In this document: piece after piece, positions 23,494 to 33,273 of the stretch
Layout of the letters: every line of letters begins with the position of its first letter
Position numbering within the stretch: position 1 is the first letter of the stretch
Virus record (IMG/VR): IMGVR_UViG_3300027820_000071
Location: 1 to 33,597 of that record
DNA from: a virus
Lineage: Duplodnaviria; Caudoviricetes
Reading direction: 5' to 3' (one strand)
DNA: 33,597 nucleotides
The notes under the pieces: model-generated
The model's database searches: none
What the model was told of the DNA's origin: nothing
Seen by the model: only the letters and a program-made list of their open reading frames with translations
Program-made: the position numbers and the translations under genes

Positions 23494-23741
23494 GAGGAGA
23501 GAACTAGCTCTACCCTAGGCTACCCCATACCCACAGCCCTTCTCTCCTCACACGAGCTTAGATTAGCTCACAGGAATAATTTGAAGGGGGGGGGTGGGTT
23601 AGGCGCAGGTGGGGGTGGCTATGAGGCGGTACCATATACCCCACACCCAAGTCTTCCAATCCCAACACAAAAGTCCTACTAACAGGACATAAACTATGCT
23701 ATAGTCCTACTTAATTCGCGATTTGTCAGTATAGGTAGGAC
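23494..23741. other. Non-coding region with inverted repeat, G-tracts and GTCCTAC motifs; candidate pac/terminus region
   Basis: GAGGAGAGAA/TTCTCTCCTC, G9 at 23586, G5 at 23611, AGTCCTACT twice and inverted GTAGGAC. Confidence 0.45.
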
Positions 23742-23744
23742 ATT

Positions 23745-23900
23745 ATGAATGAGTTACTAGGTAGGATTGGATGGAGCAACAGGCATTTTGCCAGGTTGGT
23801 TGGGGTAGATGAGAGGACGGTATCTCGGTGGTGTGCTGGGCATGAGAATTCTGTAGCGCGGGCGTATTTGGAGTTAGTAGCTCGGATATTGGGGGTGTGA
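23745..23900 (+). CDS. Cro/XRE-like HTH protein (51 aa, not in ORF track)
   Basis: GWSNRHFARLVGVDERTVSRWCAG. RBS AGGA. Confidence 0.8.
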   Translation: MNELLGRIGWSNRHFARLVGVDERTVSRWCAGHENSVARAYLELVARILGV

Positions 23901-23901
23901 G

Positions 23902-24126
23902 ATGAGACTGTATGATTGGGACGCATTGGGAGTGGTGATAGCCATTATTTTGGCACTTGTTGGTGGGCTTTGGATTTCATCTGCATGTGCTAAGGAAATC
24001 AGTATTGATCAGCTCCATGAGGCGATCATTGCTCTAACTGAGTCAGAGTCTGAGCACTATCACGTAATATCTAATGTTGATGTCTATGAGTATTACTCTA
24101 AGACTGTGGGGAAGCATCATGAATAA
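23902..24126 (+). CDS. Small membrane/exported protein
   Basis: N-terminal TM segment. RBS GGGGG. Confidence 0.55.
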   Translation: MRLYDWDALGVVIAIILALVGGLWISSACAKEISIDQLHEAIIALTESESEHYHVISNVDVYEYYSKTVGKHHE

Positions 24127-24409
24127 TCCGATGTACTTTTACCTTCTTATAGCCAAGGTACTGTTTGCGGTGTTTGCTATAGTCTTTTTTGTTGCCCAAC
24201 TGTGGGCCATCAATATTGGTATTGAGATCTGAATCAAGTAATGTTGTAGGGGGTGGTGAGATGCTTAGGGGATGCGACTGGCAAGTTTCCCGTATTGGAT
24301 ATCATGGATTTATGAGTCTTATTTGGGTTTTATTTAAGTTTAACAGAGCTGCGAGGAAAAGTGGCATTGAGTCAAACATTGAAATCACATTACCTTTAAG
24401 GTGGTGGCG

Positions 24410-24691
24410 ATGAAGTTCCTGATTTTGCTATTTGAGGATTCTTACTGGGGACCGTTTCTATTCCTTTTGTTATTCCTCGCCATTCCTGTATTTGGAAGTT
24501 CATCGGTCTGTGCTTATGACCAATTTGAGGGTTATGATTTATCCGTTCCCTATCCTGAGACTAGGGGTTGGTATCGGGTTGAGGAGCAGCGTCGAGAGGA
24601 TAGGCGGGATTTTGAAGTACGTCAAAGATATGACGAGCGGGATAATTACAACCCTTATACTCGTCGTTTTCTGATTAAATTAGAGGAATAG
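24410..24691 (+). CDS. Small membrane/exported protein
   Basis: Hydrophobic N-terminus and charged C-terminus. ATG 24410 follows AAGGTGG. Confidence 0.5.
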   Translation: MKFLILLFEDSYWGPFLFLLLFLAIPVFGSSSVCAYDQFEGYDLSVPYPETRGWYRVEEQRREDRRDFEVRQRYDERDNYNPYTRRFLIKLEE

Positions 24692-24693
24692 AT

Positions 24694-24936
24694 ATGAGGA
24701 ATTATGGCAAGGGTAAATCTGTACCGAGTCCGACTGGGCGCCCGAGCCCGAAGAGTTCAGGCGTGAAGAAGATGGAGGCTGGTGATTATTCTGGTGGGTC
24801 CAGGCCAGGGTCTATGAAGAGTGCAGCACAGTTGGAAAAAGAGCGTAAAGCCAGGGCGCTCAAGCGAGCTGGAGGGACTGGGGATGTTTACAGGCGCAAG
24901 ATAGAGGAAGCCTTGTTGCGGGCTCAGGGAAGGTAA
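24694..24936 (+). CDS. Small basic protein
   Basis: Lys/Arg/Gly-rich. RBS GAGG. Confidence 0.6.
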   Translation: MRNYGKGKSVPSPTGRPSPKSSGVKKMEAGDYSGGSRPGSMKSAAQLEKERKARALKRAGGTGDVYRRKIEEALLRAQGR

Positions 24937-25121
24937 TGCGTGATTATGAAGCGAAGCTTTTGAAGAAAATGGAGGCGAGGCATATTCCTGATAAGATACC
25001 TCGCTATCAAGTGATTTTCATGAGAAACGGCTCCAAGATCAAATTTTACGGTGATCCAGAGGATAAGCTCAGAGGTTCTAAATCCCTGTTGCTTGAATAT
25101 TTAAATGCCCTGGACACCTAA
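24936..25121 (+). CDS. Hypothetical protein
   Basis: TAATG coupling. Confidence 0.55.
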   Translation: MRDYEAKLLKKMEARHIPDKIPRYQVIFMRNGSKIKFYGDPEDKLRGSKSLLLEYLNALDT

Positions 25122-25245
25122 GCAGCACAGATTATTCTGTCAGGCTGCCAATGACAAGAAAGTGGCGCAGCGTTTAGGTATTTCACAGAGCAAGGCACGG
25201 AAGATGTGCCGAGAGGGTGTTAAGAAGGCGCTTTTAAAGAAATGA
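25105..25245 (+). CDS. Small basic protein (46 aa)
   Basis: MPWTPKQHRLFCQAANDKKVAQRLGISQSKARKM... is a recurrent phage late-region peptide type. Confidence 0.6.
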   Translation: MPWTPKQHRLFCQAANDKKVAQRLGISQSKARKMCREGVKKALLKK

Positions 25246-25409
25246 GAATATTCTTTCTTATTTTGATGTTAATTTGTGTTATTGCTGGACGCGTCCACAC
25301 TTTTGACCTAACTGAGGGACAGGCTTTAGTAGAGGGTGCTATATATTGGATTGGGGCCTTGTGTTGGGGGTTCCTTGCTTGGCATCCATTTAGAAATAAA
25401 GAGAGTTGA
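25242..25409 (+). CDS. Small membrane protein (55 aa)
   Basis: ATGA coupling, two hydrophobic stretches. Confidence 0.45.
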   Translation: MRIFFLILMLICVIAGRVHTFDLTEGQALVEGAIYWIGALCWGFLAWHPFRNKES

Positions 25410-25434
25410 AGAAGTAGGTTTAGGAATTTAATTC

Positions 25435-25457
25435 AAGGGGCTTCGGCCCCTTTTTTT
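25435..25457 (+). terminator. Rho-independent terminator
   Basis: AAGGGGC-TTCG-GCCCCTT followed by a T run. Confidence 0.9.
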
Positions 25458-25468
25458 AGGAGTAGATA

Positions 25469-25720
25469 ATGGCTATTACTGGAGCTGCTTTGCAGGCTGC
25501 GGCCGATGCTGCAAATACAATGCGGGTTATCAAGGTAAACCAACAGATCCCGATAGATGCGACATATGATGCATTTTATGTTGTTGGAGAAGTATCCCCC
25601 TATGCAGGACGGGCGATGTGGTGTCGAACGACCAAAGCTGGGAATGCTGCGGCTCAGTGGGTTGAGGTTGCGGCGGCCCTTGTTGCAGGCCCTTGCGATA
25701 CAAATGCGCTGGATAACTAG
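25469..25720 (+). CDS. Hypothetical Ala-rich protein (possibly virion)
   Basis: Strong RBS AGGAG. Confidence 0.7.
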   Translation: MAITGAALQAAADAANTMRVIKVNQQIPIDATYDAFYVVGEVSPYAGRAMWCRTTKAGNAAAQWVEVAAALVAGPCDTNALDN

Positions 25721-25729
25721 GAGTTATAT

Positions 25730-26611
25730 ATGGCAATTCAAAATCCGGTAACGGTATGCGGAGAGGATTCAGCGAGCGGGAATTCAGAAAGCCTCAAGAG
25801 TCTTGGTGGATCTGGGTACGTGACAACCTCTCTCCCAGACCCTAAATTCGTTGCTTCTGATTATCCGGCATGTAAGCTGCTGATCAATAATGATTCTGTT
25901 TTAGTTGATGGCGGAACAGATCTTGTAGATCTAGTGCAGGGGTTGGTCTTTCGCAACGCAGGCGATGAGACTGTTACACGAGTCGGGGCAGGGTTCGTCC
26001 CAAGGAAAGTTGGCGGGTCATCAACCCCGACGTTTGCCTTAGCCGGTGGTGGAACGATGCCAGCTTTGAGTACTAATAATGCATTAATCTTTCTTGTAGC
26101 GGATAAAGCATCAGCATCAGATCCCTATTTTGAGCTAGGCGATGCGACAAACGGAGTAGGGGCCTATGCCAGCTGCAGAGGGGGCACAGGCTCTGAATCT
26201 TATCTTGTAAATACCAGTTCTGATTATCTTGGTTCTGCCAGTGTGCACGAAGAATCTGCCGATGCTGCTGGAACAGTATTGGCCGGGGCGATTGCAATCA
26301 ATCGCAAGGCTGCGACAGATGCTGAAAAGCTTAGAGATTACCGCGTCTATGGTGCAGGGGTAGAATTGGTAGTAAGCGGCGCTGAGGCGGGTACAGCGAA
26401 TTGGGCAACTTTGGACATGGCTGCTTACGAGTCACAAATACTAATTAATATTAGCGGCACTGATGTAGATTCACTCTGTTATGTGGTAGCCGCCTTTCAT
26501 ACAGCCTCTCCTTTGGGGCTATCGGATGAGACTGTATTTACCGCTCTCCGGTGGATGCGAGAGAACCCAGGCTATTTGTGGCCCGGACTGAGGAGCCTTG
26601 TCAGCCCTTAA
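25730..26611 (+). CDS. Putative virion-associated beta-rich protein
   Basis: 293 aa, Ala/Gly/Ser/Thr-rich. RBS AGGAG. Directly upstream of TerL. Confidence 0.55.
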   Translation: MAIQNPVTVCGEDSASGNSESLKSLGGSGYVTTSLPDPKFVASDYPACKLLINNDSVLVDGGTDLVDLVQGLVFRNAGDETVTRVGAGFVPRKVGGSSTPTFALAGGGTMPALSTNNALIFLVADKASASDPYFELGDATNGVGAYASCRGGTGSESYLVNTSSDYLGSASVHEESADAAGTVLAGAIAINRKAATDAEKLRDYRVYGAGVELVVSGAEAGTANWATLDMAAYESQILINISGTDVDSLCYVVAAFHTASPLGLSDETVFTALRWMRENPGYLWPGLRSLVSP

Positions 26612-26613
26612 AT

Positions 26614-28005
26614 ATGAATATATCCCTCCCGAATAATTGGCAGCCACGTCATTATCAGGTTCCATTATGGAATTATCTTGCCCAGGGAGGGAAAAGAGCA
26701 GCTTGTTGCTGGCATCGAAGATCTGGAAAAGACGATACCATGCTGCATCACAATGCGTGTTCAGTATTTGAGCGAGTAGGCAACTATTGGTATCTGCTGC
26801 CAGAATATAACCAGTGTCGTAAAGCTATCTGGGATGCTGTCAATCCTCATACTGGCAAGAAACGAATAGATGAAGCATTCCCGCATGAAATAAGGGAAAA
26901 CACACTCCAGCAGGAAATGAAGCTGGTTTTCAAAAATGGTTCAACCTGGCAGCTGATGGGTAGTGATAATTACGATGCCCTTGTAGGTTCTCCTCCTGTA
27001 GGCCTGACATTTTCTGAATATGCGCTCTCTAATCCAAGTTCATGGGGCTTTTTAAGGCCGATTTTGCTTGAAAATGGTGGTTGGGCTATCTTTAACTCAA
27101 CACCAAGGGGCAAGAATCACTTCAAAAACCTGATGGATCTCGCAGAGAAGTCTGAAGATTGGTTCTCTGAACGCCTAACGGTCGATAAAACCGGCGTTTT
27201 CACTCACGAACAGCTCTTAAATGAGCTTGAAGAGCTTCAAAGTGAGCACGGAGACGAATATGGCAAGGCAATCTGGCTCCAAGAGTACTATGTAAGCTTT
27301 GAAGCAGCCATCCCCGGTGCGATTTGGGGCGCTCAGACCACTAAAGTGACCTTTGATGGCCGATTAGGTGATTTCCCTTCTGTTGGTCACCTACCGGTCT
27401 TCACCGTATGGGATATCGGTCGGTCAGATATGACTTCAATCTGGTTCTACCAGATGGTAGAAGGCAGGATCAGGGTAATCGACTATCATGAAGACAGTTT
27501 TAAGGAAATTGAGGATTATTGCGAAGTTTTGAGGGGAAAAGCATACGATTACGGCCTTCATTGGCTCCCTCATGATGCAAAACCACTTAAATTAGGTATG
27601 GGTGGTAAGACAATACTCCAGCAATTCATAGATCAGAAAGTAGGTGATTTCGTTCTAGTGCCAAACATTGGCAGAGAAGATGGCATACAGGCGGCTAGAA
27701 AGACATTCCCTCTGTGTGATTTCGACAAAAGTGTAGAGAAGGGATTTGAGCACCTGAAGAACTACAAACGGACTTATGATGAGGTGAAAAAAGTATTCTC
27801 TCTCACTCCCGTCCATGACGAACATTCTCATGCCTCAGATGCTTTTAGGTATCTCAGTTTAACCTGGCAGCAATCAAAAACGGCCTATCCTGAACTCACC
27901 GATCAAGAAAAGCTGTTCGCTGGAAATGTGACAAATATCAAATTTGGCGAGATAAGAAAAGAGCACTTTAGGAAAAAACGCAATGAAAGGGCTGGATTTG
28001 TATGA
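26614..28005 (+). CDS. terL: Terminase large subunit
   Basis: PRHYQ, Walker A WHRRSGKD, Walker B LTFSEY, STPRGKNHF, nuclease WDIGRSD and HDEHSHASDAFRY. Confidence 0.95.
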   Translation: MNISLPNNWQPRHYQVPLWNYLAQGGKRAACCWHRRSGKDDTMLHHNACSVFERVGNYWYLLPEYNQCRKAIWDAVNPHTGKKRIDEAFPHEIRENTLQQEMKLVFKNGSTWQLMGSDNYDALVGSPPVGLTFSEYALSNPSSWGFLRPILLENGGWAIFNSTPRGKNHFKNLMDLAEKSEDWFSERLTVDKTGVFTHEQLLNELEELQSEHGDEYGKAIWLQEYYVSFEAAIPGAIWGAQTTKVTFDGRLGDFPSVGHLPVFTVWDIGRSDMTSIWFYQMVEGRIRVIDYHEDSFKEIEDYCEVLRGKAYDYGLHWLPHDAKPLKLGMGGKTILQQFIDQKVGDFVLVPNIGREDGIQAARKTFPLCDFDKSVEKGFEHLKNYKRTYDEVKKVFSLTPVHDEHSHASDAFRYLSLTWQQSKTAYPELTDQEKLFAGNVTNIKFGEIRKEHFRKKRNERAGFV

Positions 28006-30035
28006 CTGATCTAACGGTTTCTCAATGGCTGGAAGAAATCAACGACGCCAAAAAGCGCGAGAAGGATTTTCGCGAGGATGGCAGAGAGATTCGTGAAATC
28101 TACTCCAATGAGAAAAAAACACCGTTCAATATCCTCTATTCCAATACAGAGACCCTCCTGCCGGCCCTATTCTCAGAGGTTCCACGGCCCTTAGTAAAGA
28201 GGCGATTCAAGGATGAGGACCCCATGGGAAAAGTTGTTGCAGAAGCTGCGCAACGGATCTTAGAGTATTTGATAGACACAGATGTCGATGATTACGACAA
28301 ATTCGACAAATCTATGTCAAATGCGACACTTGATGGACTTCTGCCCGGCCGAGGTGTTACCAGCATCAAATATGAGTCTGATGACGACTGGGAGACCGTT
28401 TGCACGGATTCCAGGAAATGGGATCGGGTTCTGTTCGGATATGCCACTAAGTGGTCAAAAGTCCCATGGATAGCCTATGAGGAATATTTAGACCGTGAAG
28501 AGGCTAGACGGTTATTTGGTGCAAAAGCCAATAAATTGACGTTTGTCGAGGGTGAAGAGCAAGATAACGAAGACGATTATAAAAAGGAAGAAAATAAGGA
28601 TCAGGGTTACCGCAAAACAGCCAGAATTTTCCAGATTTGGGATAAATCAGACAAAAAAATCAAATATATCAGCTCTCAATACAAGGATGATTTCTTAAGA
28701 GAGGATGATGACCCATTAGAACTGACAGGATTCTTCAACTGCCCTGAACCGATTCAGTTTGTCGAAAAGTCCAGTGATCGTATACCGACTGCTCTATATA
28801 CAATCTACAAGAATCAAGCTAGGGAACTGAACAGAATACAGGATAGGCTGAATCGCGTCATAGAGGCGATCAAGGTTAGGGGTGCTTATAACGGATCATT
28901 GGGTGAGGAAATAGAGCAGATCTTCAAAGAAGAAGATAATGCCCTTGTTCCAACAGATAAGGCAGCGATTTTTGGAGAAGGTGGCCTGGATAAGAATATC
29001 TGGATGATTCCTATAGCTGAACTCGTTAGTGTTGCCCAGCAGCTTATGCAGGCAAGAGAATCAGCAAAACGGGTCATTTATGAAGTGACCGGTATTTCCG
29101 ACATCATCAGGGGCCAATCAGCAGCGTCAGAGACATTAGGTGCGCAGAAGATCAAGGAATCATGGGGAACCATGAGGATTAAGCGGCTCCAGAAGGAAGT
29201 CCAACGATATGTTCTTGATACCATGCGCTTGATGCTGGATGTTGCTGTCAACAAGTTCTCTGAAGCCTCATGGGCGAAAATGACAGGACTGCCCTACTCT
29301 ACAACTGAGCAGAGAGAGCAAGCACAGAAAATCGTTCAAATTGCACAAGCTAACAGGATGAATCCTCAAGATCCATCCATTCAGCAAGCCATGCAAGTGC
29401 TGCAAATGCCTAATTGGGGTGATGTCCTCGAAATATTGAAAGATAACTATTCGAGAAGTTATCGCCTCGATATGGAGACAAATTCAACGATTGACGTTGA
29501 GGCGACTGAAGACAAGCAATTGGTTGGTGATTTCATGAACGCCATGGGCCAGTTTATGAACGGTATTTCCCCTCTGATCGACAAAGGCGTTATGCCATTC
29601 GGGGCTGCAAAGTCCATGATGCTTTCTATTGTTAAGCGTTATCGATTTGGCCGAGAGGTTGAGGACGAGCTGAATCAGATGACTGAGCCTCAGCAACAGC
29701 CTAATCCAGAACAAGAAAAAGCAGTAAAGGAATTCCAGCAAGCTCAGCAGAAGTTTCAACAAGAGCAGCAGAAATTCCAGCAGGAAAAACAACAAGCTCA
29801 GGAACAGTTTATTCAGCAATCCAACAACCTCAAAGCAGAAAAGATGCAGCTTGATTTTGCAAACAAGTTGGCGCAATTAAAGCTGAAATATCAGGAAGAT
29901 CTCGCTAATGTCAAGCAACAAACAAATCAGGTTGAGATGGAAGCCTCTCTGAAAGCCCTATTGGAACGTCATAAATCTGATGTCAGGTCTATGCTGGACA
30001 AACAAGCAGCCAGGATGATGAAAGCAGTTGCCTAG
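28002..30035 (+). CDS. Portal protein
   Basis: 677 aa after TerL. FNILYSNTETLLPALF, IYEVTGISDIIRG...ETLGAQ and a Gln-rich C-terminal coil. Confidence 0.9.
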   Translation: MTDLTVSQWLEEINDAKKREKDFREDGREIREIYSNEKKTPFNILYSNTETLLPALFSEVPRPLVKRRFKDEDPMGKVVAEAAQRILEYLIDTDVDDYDKFDKSMSNATLDGLLPGRGVTSIKYESDDDWETVCTDSRKWDRVLFGYATKWSKVPWIAYEEYLDREEARRLFGAKANKLTFVEGEEQDNEDDYKKEENKDQGYRKTARIFQIWDKSDKKIKYISSQYKDDFLREDDDPLELTGFFNCPEPIQFVEKSSDRIPTALYTIYKNQARELNRIQDRLNRVIEAIKVRGAYNGSLGEEIEQIFKEEDNALVPTDKAAIFGEGGLDKNIWMIPIAELVSVAQQLMQARESAKRVIYEVTGISDIIRGQSAASETLGAQKIKESWGTMRIKRLQKEVQRYVLDTMRLMLDVAVNKFSEASWAKMTGLPYSTTEQREQAQKIVQIAQANRMNPQDPSIQQAMQVLQMPNWGDVLEILKDNYSRSYRLDMETNSTIDVEATEDKQLVGDFMNAMGQFMNGISPLIDKGVMPFGAAKSMMLSIVKRYRFGREVEDELNQMTEPQQQPNPEQEKAVKEFQQAQQKFQQEQQKFQQEKQQAQEQFIQQSNNLKAEKMQLDFANKLAQLKLKYQEDLANVKQQTNQVEMEASLKALLERHKSDVRSMLDKQAARMMKAVA

Positions 30036-30369
30036 CCAGATCAGAAAGCAACTCGGACAGGGAACCCCACCCGACACTACAGCTGTGTCTATCTTCAGTC
30101 CTGATCGCAGAGACAGGTTTACGATTGAAAATATCATTATATGCAATACAACAGCATCCGCTGCTACATATAGAATCTTCCTTGATAATGATGGCTCGAC
30201 TTATGATGCGACAACAGCAATTGCTTACGATGTTTCATTAGCTGGGAATGCAACGGATATCATAGAAGTTAATCTATATATGACAGATCCTGCGGGGAAC
30301 TTAGCAGTAAGAACTGGAACTGGAAATGCTCTGACATTTACTGTAAATGGCAGTGACGGATCAATTTAA
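30028..30369 (+). CDS. Small beta-rich structural protein
   Basis: IIICNTTAS..T.RIFL...AIAYDV...LTFTVNG. Confidence 0.6.
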   Translation: MPSQIRKQLGQGTPPDTTAVSIFSPDRRDRFTIENIIICNTTASAATYRIFLDNDGSTYDATTAIAYDVSLAGNATDIIEVNLYMTDPAGNLAVRTGTGNALTFTVNGSDGSI

Positions 30370-30890
30370 TGCCAAGGTATAAATTCCCTGCAGTAACAGG
30401 GGCTGATGATGAGTATCTGATAGCGGATGGAAACGGAAGGGCGAACTGGGGAAAGCTTACAGGCAGCTCATATTTAGATGCTGACAGTATGTATGACAAT
30501 AATGCGGCAGCGGCCGTCACTCCAGTAAGTGATATTCAAACGCCATTCGATGGAAATATCACAACAATCGATGAAGTTACAGGTGCTCCCGGCATAGATT
30601 TGAGTGTTAATTTTACGTCTGTAACGTCAATTTATGGCCTTGTTCTCAGAGCATATTATCAAGGCTTAGCGACTCATCATGTTGATGTAAGTTTTCATAA
30701 TTATGATTCTGGATTAGAAGATGTAGTAATGCGATTAGATAACGCAACGGATTACAACTATCGAACAATCCTGATCCCCTCTAATCCAAATTATATTTCA
30801 AGCGGTGATTCTCAGATTAATTTTATCCACCCAGATTCTGGAACGCCGACACACGACCTCTTTATAGATTACATTGCAATATTATATTAA
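30369..30890 (+). CDS. Hypothetical (likely structural) protein
   Basis: TAATG coupling, beta-rich. Confidence 0.55.
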   Translation: MPRYKFPAVTGADDEYLIADGNGRANWGKLTGSSYLDADSMYDNNAAAAVTPVSDIQTPFDGNITTIDEVTGAPGIDLSVNFTSVTSIYGLVLRAYYQGLATHHVDVSFHNYDSGLEDVVMRLDNATDYNYRTILIPSNPNYISSGDSQINFIHPDSGTPTHDLFIDYIAILY

Positions 30891-30893
30891 GAG

Positions 30894-31316
30894 ATGCTTA
30901 TGCCTTTATATACATACGAATGCAAAAACGGCCACAGATTTGATCGAATCCTAAGATTGAAAGACTATAAAAAGCCTCAAACCTGCGAATGCGGTTTAGA
31001 GGCCAATCGCGTCATTGTCCCGACAATGATTAATTGCGATATGGCTCCATGGGATAGCTATCTCTCTCCTGCATCAGGGAAGTTAATTACTTCTTATAAA
31101 CAGCGCAGAAAGGATATGGCAGAGCATGATTGTGTTGATTATGAGCCAAGCCTTAAAAAGCACATCACTGCTCATATGGAGTCTGAAGAGACGAAATTAG
31201 AGAAAGCCATGGATGAAACTGTAGAGGCGGAATTTGAGAAAATGCCCATTCGTAAACGAGAGAAACTGGCAGAGGAATTAACATCCGGTGCCGATTGTGA
31301 ATATACGAGGATTTAA
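30894..31316 (+). CDS. FmdB-family zinc-ribbon protein
   Basis: MPLYTYECKNGHRFD...CECG. Confidence 0.8.
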   Translation: MLMPLYTYECKNGHRFDRILRLKDYKKPQTCECGLEANRVIVPTMINCDMAPWDSYLSPASGKLITSYKQRRKDMAEHDCVDYEPSLKKHITAHMESEETKLEKAMDETVEAEFEKMPIRKREKLAEELTSGADCEYTRI

Positions 31317-31318
31317 CC

Positions 31319-32287
31319 ATGAGTGAAGAACTCGCAGACAGCGGTTCAGAAAGTACAGAAAGCGGCATTGATATGGATGCTGCAATGGATTCCATCAGCT
31401 CTGATTTGTTTGGTGTAGAGCCAGAACAAGAAGAAGTAATAGAAGAAGCTCCTGAGACTGAGCAAATCGAAACAGAACAAGAAGAACAAGTTGAGCAAGT
31501 AGAAGCGCGCCATGCTCCACAGTCTTGGAAAAAGGAGATGCATGGATTCTGGAATGGGTTAGATCCAGCCGTTCAGGATTATGTAGAGCAGCGCGAAGAG
31601 CAGATGAGGGAGGGGCTTGAAAAAGATCGCGATGATGCTAATCGAGGCCGCGATATGAGAGATATCATGGCTCCTTATTCAGAGATATTAAAATCTCAAG
31701 GGATCGAAGAAAGCGCTTTAGTCAGAAATCTGATGAACGCGCATTACAGATTATCAACAGCTGACGATGCTGGTAGGGCTAGCCTTATCAGACAGTTAGC
31801 TCAAAGCTACAATGTGTCTTTAGACGGTGAACAGAAAGAAGTAGATCCTGTACTAAAGGCAATGCAAGACAAAGTTAACAACCTTGAAAGCCATTATGCA
31901 CAGTCGCAACAGCAAGCCCAACAGGTAGCCCGTGACCGTGTTTCACAGGATGTAGATGCATTTGCATCTGACCCTGCCCATGAGTTCTTCGATGAAGTAT
32001 CAGAGCAAATCGTACCATTGATTAATGCTGGATATGATTTGGAGGATGCGTACCAAAATGCTATTTGGTTAAATCCTGTAACACGTCAAAAAGAAATTGA
32101 CCGGACTGCGAAAGAAGCAGAGACGAAAGCTCTTGATGAGGCGAAAAAGGAAACCGAAAAAGCACAAAAAGCTAAAGCAGCAAACGTCAGAGGTCGAGAC
32201 ACCAGCAAAGCTTCTACAGAGCCAACTGGAACGATGGAAGACACCATGCGGGAAGTTTACCGCGACATTCAATCACGTTCACACTAA
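31319..32287 (+). CDS. Capsid scaffolding protein
   Basis: Acidic, APQSWKKE...W..LDP.VQ.Y...RE, LEDAYQNAIW.NP. Directly upstream of the major capsid gene. Confidence 0.85.
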   Translation: MSEELADSGSESTESGIDMDAAMDSISSDLFGVEPEQEEVIEEAPETEQIETEQEEQVEQVEARHAPQSWKKEMHGFWNGLDPAVQDYVEQREEQMREGLEKDRDDANRGRDMRDIMAPYSEILKSQGIEESALVRNLMNAHYRLSTADDAGRASLIRQLAQSYNVSLDGEQKEVDPVLKAMQDKVNNLESHYAQSQQQAQQVARDRVSQDVDAFASDPAHEFFDEVSEQIVPLINAGYDLEDAYQNAIWLNPVTRQKEIDRTAKEAETKALDEAKKETEKAQKAKAANVRGRDTSKASTEPTGTMEDTMREVYRDIQSRSH

Positions 32288-32299
32288 AAGGAGCCTGTC

Positions 32300-33262
32300 A
32301 TGGCATCACCTAACAGCACTTTTACGGAACTGGTGTCTACCACATTCCGTAAGCATCGCAAGGAGATTAAAGATAATATCTCCAATCGCAATGCACTCTA
32401 TAAGTACATCATGAAGAAAGGTAATTACCGGAGCGAGGATGGCGGTCTTACCATCGCAACTCCGCTAGATTATGCAGAGAACGCAACTTACCAGCGTTAC
32501 AGCGACTGGGATACTCTGAACATTCAAGCCTCTGACGTTATCAGTGCGGCTGAATATCAGTGGCGTCAGATTGCTATCAACGTTGTAGCAAGCGGTCGTG
32601 AACTGCGCATTAACTCTGGCGAAAGCCGTATCATCAATCTTGCAAAGGCTCGCATCAAGAATGCAAAGCGTACTTTTGCGAACAACTTCTCGGAAGATCT
32701 CTACTCTGATGGCACTGCAACCAATCAGATTAATGGTCTCCAGGCTATCATCTCTGATCTTGGTACTGGTACGGTCGGTGGTATTGATTCCAGTGTATAT
32801 GCTTTCTGGCTCAGTCAAATCTTTGACGCTTCAGATGAGTCTGTAACGCCAAGTGCGACGACTATTGAAAATTCCATGATGCTGCCCCTGTGGCTCAATC
32901 TGGATCGTGGCCCTGATGACCAGCCTGACCTGATCGTAATGGATAATACTTATTACCAGTATTTCGAAACATCTCAGGTTTCCATTAAGCGTTACACAAG
33001 CTCTTCCAGTGCTAATGGTGGGTTTTCCACTCTGAAGTACAAAGGGGCAGATGTCCTGTTTGATGGAAATTCAGGTATCCCTGACACACATGGTTACTTC
33101 ATCAATACCGAGTATCTCGGTCTATGTGTCCATCGTGATGCAGATATGGAGATTGTGGAAGAGCAGCGTCCTATCAATCAGGATGGCGTTGTAATTCCGA
33201 TTCTCTGGATGGGCAACCTGACTTGCTCTAACCGTAATCAGCAGGGCCTGATCCTCGCTTAA
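32300..33262 (+). CDS. Major capsid protein
   Basis: 320 aa after the scaffold with RBS AAGGAG. DNISNRNAL, LYSDGT...QINGLQ, GTVGGID, PDLIV and W.GNLTCSNR. Confidence 0.9.
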   Translation: MASPNSTFTELVSTTFRKHRKEIKDNISNRNALYKYIMKKGNYRSEDGGLTIATPLDYAENATYQRYSDWDTLNIQASDVISAAEYQWRQIAINVVASGRELRINSGESRIINLAKARIKNAKRTFANNFSEDLYSDGTATNQINGLQAIISDLGTGTVGGIDSSVYAFWLSQIFDASDESVTPSATTIENSMMLPLWLNLDRGPDDQPDLIVMDNTYYQYFETSQVSIKRYTSSSSANGGFSTLKYKGADVLFDGNSGIPDTHGYFINTEYLGLCVHRDADMEIVEEQRPINQDGVVIPILWMGNLTCSNRNQQGLILA

Positions 33263-33273
33263 GGAGAGAAAAA

